46,224 nt of DNA, from the NCBI GenBank assembly GCA_964357285.1, contig CAYHKM010000001.1, forward strand, positions 1 to 46,224. Reading direction: 5' to 3'. This stretch comes from an uncultured Candidatus Saccharibacteria bacterium (GTDB taxonomy: Bacteria > Patescibacteriota > Minisyncoccia > Phycocordibacterales > Phycocordibacteraceae). Position numbers and translations under genes: made by a program. Under the pieces are notes generated by a model. That model had not been told where the DNA came from. It saw nothing but the letters and a program-made list of their open reading frames with translations, and made no database searches. Position 1 is the first letter of the stretch. Each line of letters starts with the position of its first letter. Below, piece by piece: positions 1-8,918 of the stretch.

Positions 1-729
1 TCACGCCCGTTCTGGGAATATATCATCGCGCTGTCGAAAGAATCCTACGCGATCGGGTTTGACGAGCTCAATTACGATTACATCCGCTACCCGTCGGATG
101 GTGTCATGGCGGACGCGAAATACGTGGATCCCGACAAGCCCGCGGCGCTCGAGGCGTTCTTCAGATACCTTCACGATAACGTCGCCCCCATCGGCGTCCT
201 CACGTCAGCAGACCTCTTCGGGTACGTCACCGTTCACGCGGATGACCTCGGCATCGGCCAGGTCTTGGAGCGCGCGCTCCCGTATTTCGACTACATCGAC
301 CCCATGGTCTACCCGTCGCACTACAACAAGGGCTTCGCGGGCCTCGCGAACGTGAACAGCGACCCGTACCTTGTGGTTCACACGTCACTTGTTGAGGCAG
401 TACGGCGTGCGTTCGCGACCACAACCGTCGTCGCCGGTTTTGCGACGACGCCCATCATGAAGACGGTCATCATTCCCGGAAGCGCAAACGCTCCCACAAC
501 GACGAAGGAAGTCCCGAGCGGGATGTACGCGAAAGCGCCATACCCCTCGTCAGTTATTCGCCCATGGCTCCAGAGTTTCGATTATCCCGTTCCGTACACT
601 CCGGCGATGGTCAAGGCGCAGATACGGGCGAACGAGGACGCGGGTCTCTCCTCGTACCTTTTCTGGGATCCCGCGAACAAGTACACGTCCCTTCGTGCGG
701 TCCTCCTCGAAGAAAACGGCCAACCATAA
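1..729 (+). CDS. putative glycoside-hydrolase-like TIM-barrel protein (DUF4015/GHL-type), 5' end outside window
   Basis: Frame 1 is open from base 1 (SRPFWEYIIALSKESYAIGFDELNYDYIRYPSDG...) into the listed 106..729 ORF. The GFDExxxDYIR(Y/F)P motif resembles the DUF4015 putative glycosyl hydrolase family (from memory). Confidence 0.55.
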   Translation, partial: SRPFWEYIIALSKESYAIGFDELNYDYIRYPSDGVMADAKYVDPDKPAALEAFFRYLHDNVAPIGVLTSADLFGYVTVHADDLGIGQVLERALPYFDYIDPMVYPSHYNKGFAGLANVNSDPYLVVHTSLVEAVRRAFATTTVVAGFATTPIMKTVIIPGSANAPTTTKEVPSGMYAKAPYPSSVIRPWLQSFDYPVPYTPAMVKAQIRANEDAGLSSYLFWDPANKYTSLRAVLLEENGQP

Positions 730-740
730 GGCCCAAAACG

Positions 741-770
741 CTGGCACGGAAGAGCCGGCGGCACTATACT
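741..770 (+). promoter_or_regulatory. sigma70-like promoter candidate (CTGGCA-18 nt-TATACT), 6 nt before ATG 777
   Basis: -10 TATACT at 765-770 is followed by gtccta then ATG. No Shine-Dalgarno is visible, suggesting a leaderless or near-leaderless mRNA. Confidence 0.35.
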
Positions 771-776
771 GTCCTA

Positions 777-2243
777 ATGGATTGGGGATCCGGCATCACC
801 TATTTCGGCACGACGACCCTGAAGGACGTCGTAGCGACGTTTGGAATCAAGGATACTGATCGCACGGGACATCTGGCCGTCGTGGGGAAGCCCGGAAGCG
901 GCAAGTCGGCACTCATCGCCGGGATGTGTCTTCAGGACATGGAGCGCGCCGCAGGCGTCATCGTCCTTGATGCTGACGGCGAGTTCGCGCGGGTTCTCCT
1001 CGAGCGGATGGACCCTGCCGCCCGCGACCGACTGATATTCCTCGACCCCTCCGACGGCGAATACCCGTTCTCGTGGAATCCGCTCGATGATTTCCGTGCG
1101 CTTGGCGGGAAAGATGGTCGCGATATGCTCTCCCGCGCGCTCGCGAGCATGTACCGCATCCCGCTCTCGCCCCTCTCCGACATCCTCGCCGAGCGCCTCA
1201 TCGGGAACGTCGCAAGCTCCATCGTGACCGTCTACGACCTCGTGACCGACGCCGAGGCCCGGAAGAAGGAATTCGGGGACGACCTCTCCGCGCTCGCGGC
1301 GTTCGAGAAACTCCTTTCCGAACGGCCCGACGACACCGAACTCGTCTCCGAACACGGCAGGTACATCGCGAAAGATACCCTGACTCGGAATCTCTTGGGG
1401 CAGGTTGCTTCGAAATTCGCACTTGCGGCGGTTGCTGCGGGTGGAATTCTCATCGCCGATCTGTCCCGCGTCAGGATGTTTCCGACGCGCATCGCGCCCT
1501 TGGTTCGGGTTCTTATACATGCCGCCCGGGCCCGGGCCCGGGCGGCCAAGACCCCGTTCATGGTCTATCTCAATGACACCCTCAGGAGCCTCTCCGAGGA
1601 GGACGTCGAGCATCTTTTCACTGATCGGGGCCTTGCGTTCACGATCGCCGATACCGCCGTGACCGATGCCGACAGACCCGTGAGGGAAAAAGCGCTCGCG
1701 CGGTGCCTCTCCATCGTATCCCTGTCTCCGGCTCCGGCAGACCTCCCGTTTGTGGAGCGCCTCTTCTATCCGTATATCGAATCCGAAGAACTTGCGAAGC
1801 TTGAACAAGGAGAATTCGCGCTCGCGCTCGCGATCGACGGGGTGAGGACGCGTCCGTTTTTTGCGCAATCGTTGCCGCTTCCGGAGCTCCGTGAAGGTTC
1901 CTATCAGGATCTCATCGCCCTCTCTCGCGACCGGTATACAACCCCACGGATAAAAGTCGACCAGCTCTTCAAGAAAGCGGATGACCCGAATGACGAGCAG
2001 AAGCAGAAGGGAAAGGGAGGCGATTCGGGAACCTTTTCTGACACATTCCGCTCCATATTCTCGAAACGGGGAGGAGATGCCGTGCAACCGAATACCGAGA
2101 AAACCGCCGCTCCTCCCGAAGGAGGGGCCGCGGCCGAGCGCGTCCGCTCCGCGCCCGTAGGACCTCCACCCCCCTCGAAGCCGTCGGAGATACCCGAAGA
2201 CGAACTCAAGCGCATGCTCTATGTCACTCCGGTCGGCGCATAG
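777..2243 (+). CDS. TraD/VirD4 (type IV coupling protein)-like P-loop NTPase without N-terminal TM segments
   Basis: Walker A VVGKPGSGKSAL. VIVLDADGEF and FLDPSDGEYPFSWNPL match the T4CP/FtsK-HerA style. Hydrophobic-D stretch MVYLND is Walker B-like. Start trimmed from ORF 564..2243 to ATG 777, just after the upstream stop at 729. C-terminal ~90 aa is low complexity (K/G/P-rich). Confidence 0.6.
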   Translation: MDWGSGITYFGTTTLKDVVATFGIKDTDRTGHLAVVGKPGSGKSALIAGMCLQDMERAAGVIVLDADGEFARVLLERMDPAARDRLIFLDPSDGEYPFSWNPLDDFRALGGKDGRDMLSRALASMYRIPLSPLSDILAERLIGNVASSIVTVYDLVTDAEARKKEFGDDLSALAAFEKLLSERPDDTELVSEHGRYIAKDTLTRNLLGQVASKFALAAVAAGGILIADLSRVRMFPTRIAPLVRVLIHAARARARAAKTPFMVYLNDTLRSLSEEDVEHLFTDRGLAFTIADTAVTDADRPVREKALARCLSIVSLSPAPADLPFVERLFYPYIESEELAKLEQGEFALALAIDGVRTRPFFAQSLPLPELREGSYQDLIALSRDRYTTPRIKVDQLFKKADDPNDEQKQKGKGGDSGTFSDTFRSIFSKRGGDAVQPNTEKTAAPPEGGAAAERVRSAPVGPPPPSKPSEIPEDELKRMLYVTPVGA

Positions 2244-3021
2244 CGGCCTCCTCGCGCTCACCTTCATCTTTCTGCCGGCACCTTTGTCTGCCGGCATTAT
2301 CGTTTCCGAGATCATGTACGACCTTCCGGGCGCGGACCAGGGGCGCGAATGGATCGAGATAGAAAACACGGGCGATGCTCCAGTCGATATAACCCATTGG
2401 AAGCTCTTGGAAGCCGGGGTCCACCACAAGATCGTGTCCGCAGGGACGCCGCTCGTCCCGCCGCGGTCGTTCGCGGTCATCGCGGACGACCGGGCGGCGT
2501 TCATGGTCGGCTCGCCCGGCTACGCCGGAGCTCTCTTCGAGAGTTCGTTTTCTCTCGGGAACTCCGGCGAGACGCTTGCCTTCCTCGATGCGTCTTCGAC
2601 GCCCGTTGCCACGGCCGCGTATAACGTCACGGCCGGTGCTTCGGGAGACGGGAATTCGCTCAATGCGAATGGCGGCGCGTGGACACCCCGGCGCCCCACG
2701 CCCGGCATGCCGACGTCTCCTGACGTGATACTCCCCCCGCCGAAGCCCGCACAGACGAGCGAAGCGCCGCCGAGAAACCTTCCGCCGGAACCCGAGGTTA
2801 ATGAGAGAAGCGCGTCCGCCCCCCGGGGGGAAGCGCGGGACGGACTTGCCGCGGTGGGAGCGGCCGCCCTCAAGAGCGAGGGAGAAGGCAGCACGAACCT
2901 GTTTGCTATGCTTCCGTGGCTAGGCGGCCTCCTCCTCATATCTCTCGCTGGAACCCTCGCGGTCATCCTCGGACGGAAGAGAAGCGGGTCCGGCTACCGG
3001 ATTACCGAAGAGGAACCATGA
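2221..3021 (+). CDS. secreted lamin-tail-domain (LTD) protein with C-terminal membrane anchor
   Basis: N-terminal signal-like LLALTFIFLPAPLSAG. LTD signature IIVSEIMYDLPGADQGREWIEIENTGDAPVDITHWKL ... GNSGETLAFLD. Pro-rich linker. C-terminal TM LGGLLLISLAGTLAVILGRKRSG. Overlaps the upstream gene by 23 nt. Confidence 0.7.
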   Translation: MSLRSAHSGLLALTFIFLPAPLSAGIIVSEIMYDLPGADQGREWIEIENTGDAPVDITHWKLLEAGVHHKIVSAGTPLVPPRSFAVIADDRAAFMVGSPGYAGALFESSFSLGNSGETLAFLDASSTPVATAAYNVTAGASGDGNSLNANGGAWTPRRPTPGMPTSPDVILPPPKPAQTSEAPPRNLPPEPEVNERSASAPRGEARDGLAAVGAAALKSEGEGSTNLFAMLPWLGGLLLISLAGTLAVILGRKRSGSGYRITEEEP

Positions 3022-3082
3022 ATCCCGCACCACCTGCTTCTGTTGGGAGATTCTGTGTAAGGCCCCCCCGGCTTAATTTTTT

Positions 3083-4546
3083 ATGGTGAACAAAGAAAGA
3101 AAAACTATTTTGGTAACCGGTGGTGCGGGATTCATCGGTTCGCACCTTATCGAGCGCCTTGTCAGAGAGGGACACCGCGTTATCTCGCTCGACAACTATT
3201 TTGCCGGTTCGCGCGATAATCACGTCCCGGGAGCGGAATACCGCGAAGGACACACGAAAGATATCGCCACGCACGTTCCCGAAACGCCCGACCTCCTCTA
3301 CCACCTCGGGGAATATGCCCGTGTCGAACAGAGCGTTCTCGAGCCACAAGTCGTCCATGACCTCAATGTTCGCGGCACACGCGGGGTTGTCGAGTTCTGG
3401 CGCGAACGTGGCGGCAAGCTCGTGTACGCGGGCTCATCGACCAAGTTTGGCGACAACGGTCGCGCCCGCGAGGCGACCCCGTACGCGTCGACCAAAGCCG
3501 CGAACACGGAGCTCGTCCGCGAAGTGGGGGAGCGGCATAAACTCGCCTACGCCATCGCCTATTTCTATAACGTATACGGCCCGCGCGAGCGCTCGGGCGT
3601 CTACGGCACCGTGATCGAGATGTTCAAACGCATGTACCTCGCCGGTTCTCCTTTCGCGGTCACCTCGCCCGGGACGCAGAAACGCAATTTCACTCACGTC
3701 GACGACATCGTGGACGGGCTCATTGCCGTGGGCCAGCGCGGGCAGGGGGACGAGTACGGGCTCGGGAACGAACGGGCGTTCACCATCCTCGAGGTCGCAC
3801 AGCTTTTCGGCGGCGACATCGTGATGTTGCCTCCCCGTGCGGGGAACCGCATGGAATCAGGGCTCGATACCCGGAAATCGCGGACTCTCGGATGGAAGCC
3901 GACACGCTCGCTCGAGGAGTACATCATGAATTTCACGCGCGAGCACCCGCGCGGGACGCCGCGGGAGCGGCGCGTCCTCGTGTTCTCGACGACGTTCTAT
4001 CCGATAATGGGCCCTGCGGAGCGTGCGCTCGCGACCCTCATGCGGAAAATGCCGGACGTGAGGTTCGACATCGTGACGACGCGCTTCGCCGTTAAGGCCG
4101 TGGGGCCCCTTCCCGACGCGCCAAATGTCGAGATCCACCGCAGCGGCATAGGGCAGCCGCTCGACAAATATCTTTTGCCTCTTTCAGGTTTTCTCGTGGC
4201 GCGGGCACTCCACGCGAAACACCGCTACCTCTTCGCCTGGTCCTTGATGGCAAGCTACGCAGCCCTTGCGGGGATCCTACTCAAGTACACCTCGCGCCTT
4301 CCTCTTCTCGTGACACTCGCGGACCAGCGCCTCTCCGACCTCTCCTCGCTTCAGCGCCCGTTCTTCACGCTCGTCCTCTCCGACGCGGACCAGGTGTACG
4401 GCGCGAGTCCCTCCCAGGAAACGCACGCCTCGGGCATTTTCGGGCGGCCGCTCTCGCGAAGTTCTCTGGGAGAAGGCGATGCGTTCGCGAACCAGCTCCG
4501 CTACGCGTACGCCGAGATCCTCATGACCGAACATAGCGCAGCATGA
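3083..4546 (+). CDS. fusion: NAD-dependent sugar-nucleotide epimerase/dehydratase (SDR) + GT4 N-terminal-half-like domain
   Basis: ILVTGGAGFIGSHLIERL Rossmann motif and YASTK (YxxxK). After about residue 295, RVLVFSTTFYPIMGPAERA...HAKHRYLFAWSLMA...LLVTLAD parallels the N-terminal half of the next gene. No ExxxxxxxE C-terminal GT4 half. Confidence 0.75.
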   Translation: MVNKERKTILVTGGAGFIGSHLIERLVREGHRVISLDNYFAGSRDNHVPGAEYREGHTKDIATHVPETPDLLYHLGEYARVEQSVLEPQVVHDLNVRGTRGVVEFWRERGGKLVYAGSSTKFGDNGRAREATPYASTKAANTELVREVGERHKLAYAIAYFYNVYGPRERSGVYGTVIEMFKRMYLAGSPFAVTSPGTQKRNFTHVDDIVDGLIAVGQRGQGDEYGLGNERAFTILEVAQLFGGDIVMLPPRAGNRMESGLDTRKSRTLGWKPTRSLEEYIMNFTREHPRGTPRERRVLVFSTTFYPIMGPAERALATLMRKMPDVRFDIVTTRFAVKAVGPLPDAPNVEIHRSGIGQPLDKYLLPLSGFLVARALHAKHRYLFAWSLMASYAALAGILLKYTSRLPLLVTLADQRLSDLSSLQRPFFTLVLSDADQVYGASPSQETHASGIFGRPLSRSSLGEGDAFANQLRYAYAEILMTEHSAA

Positions 4547-5754
4547 AAAAGATACTCATCTTCTCCCTTTCGTATTTCCCGAAGCATGTCGGCGGCGCCG
4601 AGGTCGCGATACGGGAGATCACTGGCCGCATCGCGCCTTCCGATATCGAGTTCCACATGGTGACGCTTCGCTACGACTCGACGCTTCCCGCGGTCGAGAG
4701 GATCGGGAACGTTCTCGTCCACCGCATCGGCTTCACCGCGCGGGAACCCAGCATGGAGGATCTGAAGCGCTTCCCGCTCTACCTGAACAAGCTCTTCTTC
4801 CAGTTCACCGCGTTCTGGAAAGCCCGCGAACTCAACGCGACTCATCGGTATGACGCGGTCTGGGCGATGATGGCGCACTCATGCGGCGTGCCCGCAGGCC
4901 TCTTCAAGACCTTCTTCCCGCGGGTCGGCTACCTTCTCACACTTCAGGAAGGGGATCCGCCCGAATACATAGAGCGGAAGATGGGCATTTTCGGCCCCTT
5001 GTTCCGACGCGCATTCACGAAAGCCGACACTCTGCAGCCGATATCGACCTTCCTCGAGCGGTGGGGAAGGAAGATGGGCTTCAGGGGCCCCTCATTCATG
5101 ATCCCGAACGCGGTCGACACCGGGCGCTTCGCAAGCGCGGTTCCTGACGCGATCGTGAACGAAACGAAGGACGCCCTAGGGAAAGCCATGGGCGACGTTT
5201 TCCTGATAACGACCTCGCGACTCGTCCGTAAAAACGGCATTGACGATGTCATACGCGCGCTTCCGGCTCTTCCCGAGAACGTGCGCTTCCTCGTCCTTGG
5301 TATCGGTCCGGACGAGAAGCTCCTCAAGGGACTTGCAGGAAAACTCGGCGTCGGCAAACGTGTCGTGTTCTTGGGGCAGATCGGGCACGCAGACCTCCCG
5401 CGGTACCTCAAGGCCTCCGACATCTTCATACGGCCTTCGCGCTCGGAAGGCATGGGAAACTCGTTTGTTGAGGCGATGGCTGCGGGACTCCCGGTCATCG
5501 CGACGCAAGAAGGAGGCCTCGCCGACTTTCTCTTTGACGAAAAGCGGAACCCCGAGGAACCTGTAACCGGCTGGGCCGTCGACCGTGATTCGCCCGAAAG
5601 CATCGCGCGCGCGGTCCGCGACGTCATGGGGCATCAGGAAAAGGTTCGCGCGGTTACGTTAACCGCGAAGGCCATGGTCCTCCAGAAGTACGATTGGGAC
5701 ATCGTTACCCGCGACATGCGCGAGCGCGCATTCGCGGCGGTCCTTCGCGCATGA
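4543..5754 (+). CDS. GT4-family glycosyltransferase
   Basis: KILIFSLSYFPKHVGGAEV N-terminus. PSRSEGMGNSFVEAMAAGLPVIATQEGGLADFL (EX7E region). ATGA overlap with the upstream stop. Confidence 0.85.
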   Translation: MKKILIFSLSYFPKHVGGAEVAIREITGRIAPSDIEFHMVTLRYDSTLPAVERIGNVLVHRIGFTAREPSMEDLKRFPLYLNKLFFQFTAFWKARELNATHRYDAVWAMMAHSCGVPAGLFKTFFPRVGYLLTLQEGDPPEYIERKMGIFGPLFRRAFTKADTLQPISTFLERWGRKMGFRGPSFMIPNAVDTGRFASAVPDAIVNETKDALGKAMGDVFLITTSRLVRKNGIDDVIRALPALPENVRFLVLGIGPDEKLLKGLAGKLGVGKRVVFLGQIGHADLPRYLKASDIFIRPSRSEGMGNSFVEAMAAGLPVIATQEGGLADFLFDEKRNPEEPVTGWAVDRDSPESIARAVRDVMGHQEKVRAVTLTAKAMVLQKYDWDIVTRDMRERAFAAVLRA

Positions 5755-6875
5755 CCCATCTTCGCGTCCTCATCGCGACCGGTCTCTACCCGCCCGACAT
5801 CGGTGGCCCCGCGACGTATTCGAAGTTCCTTATGGAGCATTTACCCGCGCACGGAGTTGCGGTCGAACTTCTCCCGTTCCGGGAAGTCCGGAAATACCCG
5901 CCACTCGTGAGGCACCTCCTCTTCTTTTTCAAAGTCCTCGCGCGCGGCCGCTCCGCGGACGTTCTCTATGCACAGGACACCTTCTCTGTCGGACTCCCAA
6001 CCGCGCTCGCGAACCTAATTCTGCGAAAGCGCCTCTTCGTCAGGGTGCCGGGCGACCACGCTTGGGAACAGGGGGTCAGACGCTTCGGCGTCACCGGGCC
6101 CTTGGAGAAGATGCCGCTTTTTTCGTGGAAGTGGAACTTTATCCTTATGGTGATGCGGACTTTACAGCTTTTCGTCGTACGTTCCGCTAACGCCCTCATC
6201 GTTCCGTCGAAGTACATGGGCCGCATCGTACGCGGGTGGCGGGTGGACCCGAAGAAGGTCATACACATCTACAACGGCATCGAGGACTTTAAAGAAACTG
6301 GAAATAAACCCGTCCTCCGCGGGCTCCTCCGGTTCCAGGGGAAACTCGTGCTTTCGATCGGGCGCCTAGTGCCCTGGAAGGGCTTCACTGCCCTTATCGA
6401 ACTCGTGCCCGTTTTGAAACGCGAATTTCCGGACCTGAAACTTCTCATCATCGGGGCGGGTTCCGATATGGAGCGGCTCGAAAAAACATCCACCGAGCTC
6501 GGACTCGCGGATTCGGTCATATTCGCCGGAGAGGTCGAGCGGGAGATTCTCATCCGCTACATCCGGATCGCGGACGTCTTCGTCCTCAATTCCCGTTACG
6601 AAGGACTCTCACACCAGCTCCTTGAGGTAATGGCGGTCGGGGTCCCCATCGTCACGACCCGGGTCGGCGGGAACCCCGAGGTCATCGAGGACGGCAAGAA
6701 CGGCTACCTCGTCGCTCCCGACGACACGGAGCTCATTGCAGAGAGGGTCACGGCGCTCCTCAAAGATGCGGAGCTCCGGGCGCGCTTGACTGGCGCCGCG
6801 AAGCGTACCGTGAAGCGATTCTCGAACGAGCGCATGATCGAGGAGACCGTGCACCTCCTCAAAAAGGGACTATGA
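5751..6875 (+). CDS. GT4-family glycosyltransferase
   Basis: Start trimmed to ATG 5751 (ATGA overlap). LRVLIATGLYPPDIGGPATY. NSRYEGLSHQLLEVMAVGVPIVTTRVGGNPEVI. Confidence 0.85.
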   Translation: MTHLRVLIATGLYPPDIGGPATYSKFLMEHLPAHGVAVELLPFREVRKYPPLVRHLLFFFKVLARGRSADVLYAQDTFSVGLPTALANLILRKRLFVRVPGDHAWEQGVRRFGVTGPLEKMPLFSWKWNFILMVMRTLQLFVVRSANALIVPSKYMGRIVRGWRVDPKKVIHIYNGIEDFKETGNKPVLRGLLRFQGKLVLSIGRLVPWKGFTALIELVPVLKREFPDLKLLIIGAGSDMERLEKTSTELGLADSVIFAGEVEREILIRYIRIADVFVLNSRYEGLSHQLLEVMAVGVPIVTTRVGGNPEVIEDGKNGYLVAPDDTELIAERVTALLKDAELRARLTGAAKRTVKRFSNERMIEETVHLLKKGL

Positions 6876-7954
6876 ACGTCGTAATGCTCTCCCAAGACAT
6901 GAAAATTCTTGAAGGCGGCCCCACGGCTGCGCGCATCGCCTCCTACGGGACGATTTTCCGCCACCTCACTGTCGTTGTGTTCGGCGTCGGCGCTCGCCAC
7001 GAACGCGCGCTTGCACCGAACGTGCGCGCGGTCGCGCCGGGAGGGAGGGGAAAGACGGACGCGTTCTTTTTGGCATTCCGCGAGACGGAAGCCGTCCTCG
7101 CGAGAGAGCACCCCGACGTCATCTCGGCGCAGGATCCTTTTTTCATCGGCTTCGCAGGTTTAATTGCGGCGAAGCGGGCACATATCCCTCTCCAGATACA
7201 GATTCATACCGATCCCTTCGCGCCCGCATTCGCCTTCGCATCCGTGCGGCGGCTCATTGAGAGCGTGCTCGCGCGGCTCGTGATCCCTCGAGCGGCGTGT
7301 GTTCGCGCAGTGTCGGAGCGGACCCTCAAGTCTGTGCGCCGGATGACATCCGCTCCCGTCTCGGTCTTGCCGATACCTCCGAGCACGGTGCCCGGGGCGC
7401 ATCTTGCGGAAGCGCGCGCCGCGAGCGAAAATTTCTCCGTTCTCTCGGTTTCCCGTCTGACGGACGAGAAGCGCCTTCACGTCCTCATCGATGCGATGCG
7501 CGACCTGCCTCGCGCAACCCTGACCGTGGTTGGTGATGGACCCTTGCGCGAGGCACTCGAGGCGCGGGCTCGCGCCAGCGGGGTTCACGAGCGTGTGCGA
7601 TTCGCAGGATGGCAGGACGATGCATCACCCTTCTATGCGAGCGCCGACGCATTCGTCTCGCTCTCGGCGTACGAAGGGTACGGTCGGTCGCTCATCGAGG
7701 CGTCCCTCTCCGCGCTTCCCATTGTGACAACTGATGTCGGGATCGTGGGCGAAGTGCTTCGGGACGGGAAAGAAGCGCTCGTGGTCCGTCCGCGCTCGCG
7801 CGACGTCGCGCGAGCGCTTGCGCAATTCATCGAGGATGGCGCGCTTGCGGAGAAGATGGGCAGGGCGGCGCGGGGACGGGCGGCCGCGCACTGTATTTCG
7901 GACGCGGAATACCTTGCCCGTTATCGGGAAGCGATGCATACTTGCATACCATGA
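6872..7954 (+). CDS. GT4-family glycosyltransferase
   Basis: SAYEGYGRSLIEASLSALPIVTTDVGIVGEVL. ATGA overlap at 6872. Confidence 0.8.
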   Translation: MNVVMLSQDMKILEGGPTAARIASYGTIFRHLTVVVFGVGARHERALAPNVRAVAPGGRGKTDAFFLAFRETEAVLAREHPDVISAQDPFFIGFAGLIAAKRAHIPLQIQIHTDPFAPAFAFASVRRLIESVLARLVIPRAACVRAVSERTLKSVRRMTSAPVSVLPIPPSTVPGAHLAEARAASENFSVLSVSRLTDEKRLHVLIDAMRDLPRATLTVVGDGPLREALEARARASGVHERVRFAGWQDDASPFYASADAFVSLSAYEGYGRSLIEASLSALPIVTTDVGIVGEVLRDGKEALVVRPRSRDVARALAQFIEDGALAEKMGRAARGRAAAHCISDAEYLARYREAMHTCIP

Positions 7955-8916
7955 GCCCTTCTTCGCGATCGCAAAAAAAGCAAGTAAAATCAAGGCAAAA
8001 ACAGACTTCGACGCCGGGGGCGGCCCCCCCGCGCGGCCCTCGCCGCCTCCTCATCGGATTTGTCGGGCAGGGATGGATCGGCAAGCACTTGGCTGATCAT
8101 TACGAGGAGCGCGGGTTCGATATCGTCCGGTACTCGAAAGAGCGAGAGCACGCGCGCAACAAAGAAGCCATCGCGACCTCTGACATCGTCTTTATCGCGG
8201 TCCCGACACCTACGACGCCGCGAGGATTCGACGACAGTATCCTCCGGAACGTGATATCGCATGTCGGGAAGGGAAAGATTGCCGTCATCAAGTCCACGGT
8301 TCTTCCGGGTACCACGGACGCCCTCCAGGAAAAATTCCCCGGCATTATTCTCCTTCATTCGCCGGAATTCCTCCGCGAAGCTTCGGTGAAAGAGGACGTC
8401 GACCATCCCGCGCGCAACATCGTCGGCATTCCGCAAAAGAGATTTCACGACACGCGCTGGCGGAAGGCGGCGGACCTCGTGGTGTCCGTTTTGCCGGAAG
8501 CACCGTATGCGTCCGTCTGCACGGCGACAGAAGCCGAGATTACCAAGTATGTCGGCAACAACTTTCTCTTCACCAAACTCGTCTTCATGAATCTCATGTA
8601 TGACCTCGCGGAAGCCCATGGAGCGCGCTGGAATGCTATCGCGGCAAACGTGAAAGCGGACGCGAGGATCGGCGGTTCACACCTGATGCCCGTACACCAG
8701 CACACGCATTTGTCCGCGAACCCCGGGCGCGGTGCGGGAGGCCATTGCCTCATCAAGGACTTTGCCGCGTTCCGCGAGCTCTTCGAGAAGGTTCTCGCGC
8801 ACGATAAGGAATCGATCGCGGTTTTACGCGCTCTCGAAACGAAGAACATCAAGCTCCTCAAGGAAAGTGGAAAGGACCTCGACCTCCTCGCCGGAGTCTA
8901 CGGCGACGATGTATAG
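7951..8916 (+). CDS. UDP-glucose/GDP-mannose dehydrogenase-family protein (short form)
   Basis: ORF-track start 7942 is TTG; ATG 7951 gives an ATGA overlap. GFVGQGWIG NAD-binding loop, IAVPTP, SPEFLREAS, catalytic-Cys context GAGGHCLIKDF. Shorter than typical UGDH. Confidence 0.6.
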   Translation: MSPSSRSQKKQVKSRQKQTSTPGAAPPRGPRRLLIGFVGQGWIGKHLADHYEERGFDIVRYSKEREHARNKEAIATSDIVFIAVPTPTTPRGFDDSILRNVISHVGKGKIAVIKSTVLPGTTDALQEKFPGIILLHSPEFLREASVKEDVDHPARNIVGIPQKRFHDTRWRKAADLVVSVLPEAPYASVCTATEAEITKYVGNNFLFTKLVFMNLMYDLAEAHGARWNAIAANVKADARIGGSHLMPVHQHTHLSANPGRGAGGHCLIKDFAAFRELFEKVLAHDKESIAVLRALETKNIKLLKESGKDLDLLAGVYGDDV

Positions 8917-8918
8917 AC

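Noticed and set aside
564-776. 5' extensions of many track ORFs (for example 564, 5694, 7942, 13305, 15275, 18886, 20528, 25772, 26697, 27800, 28518, 29093, 29436, 37164, 39675, 41303; minus-strand 23246, 25884, 31734, 32470)
   Set aside because: The extensions overlap the preceding gene, and several begin at TTG/GTG codons. They encode Arg/Ser-rich junk before an ATG that matches the family N-terminus, often in an ATGA overlap, so starts were trimmed.
774-2504. 576-aa minus-strand ORF, the third longest ORF in the track
   Set aside because: It lies antisense to the P-loop NTPase and LTD genes, which have clear motifs. The product is Arg/Gly/Pro-rich with no recognisable motif, typical of shadow ORFs in high-GC DNA.
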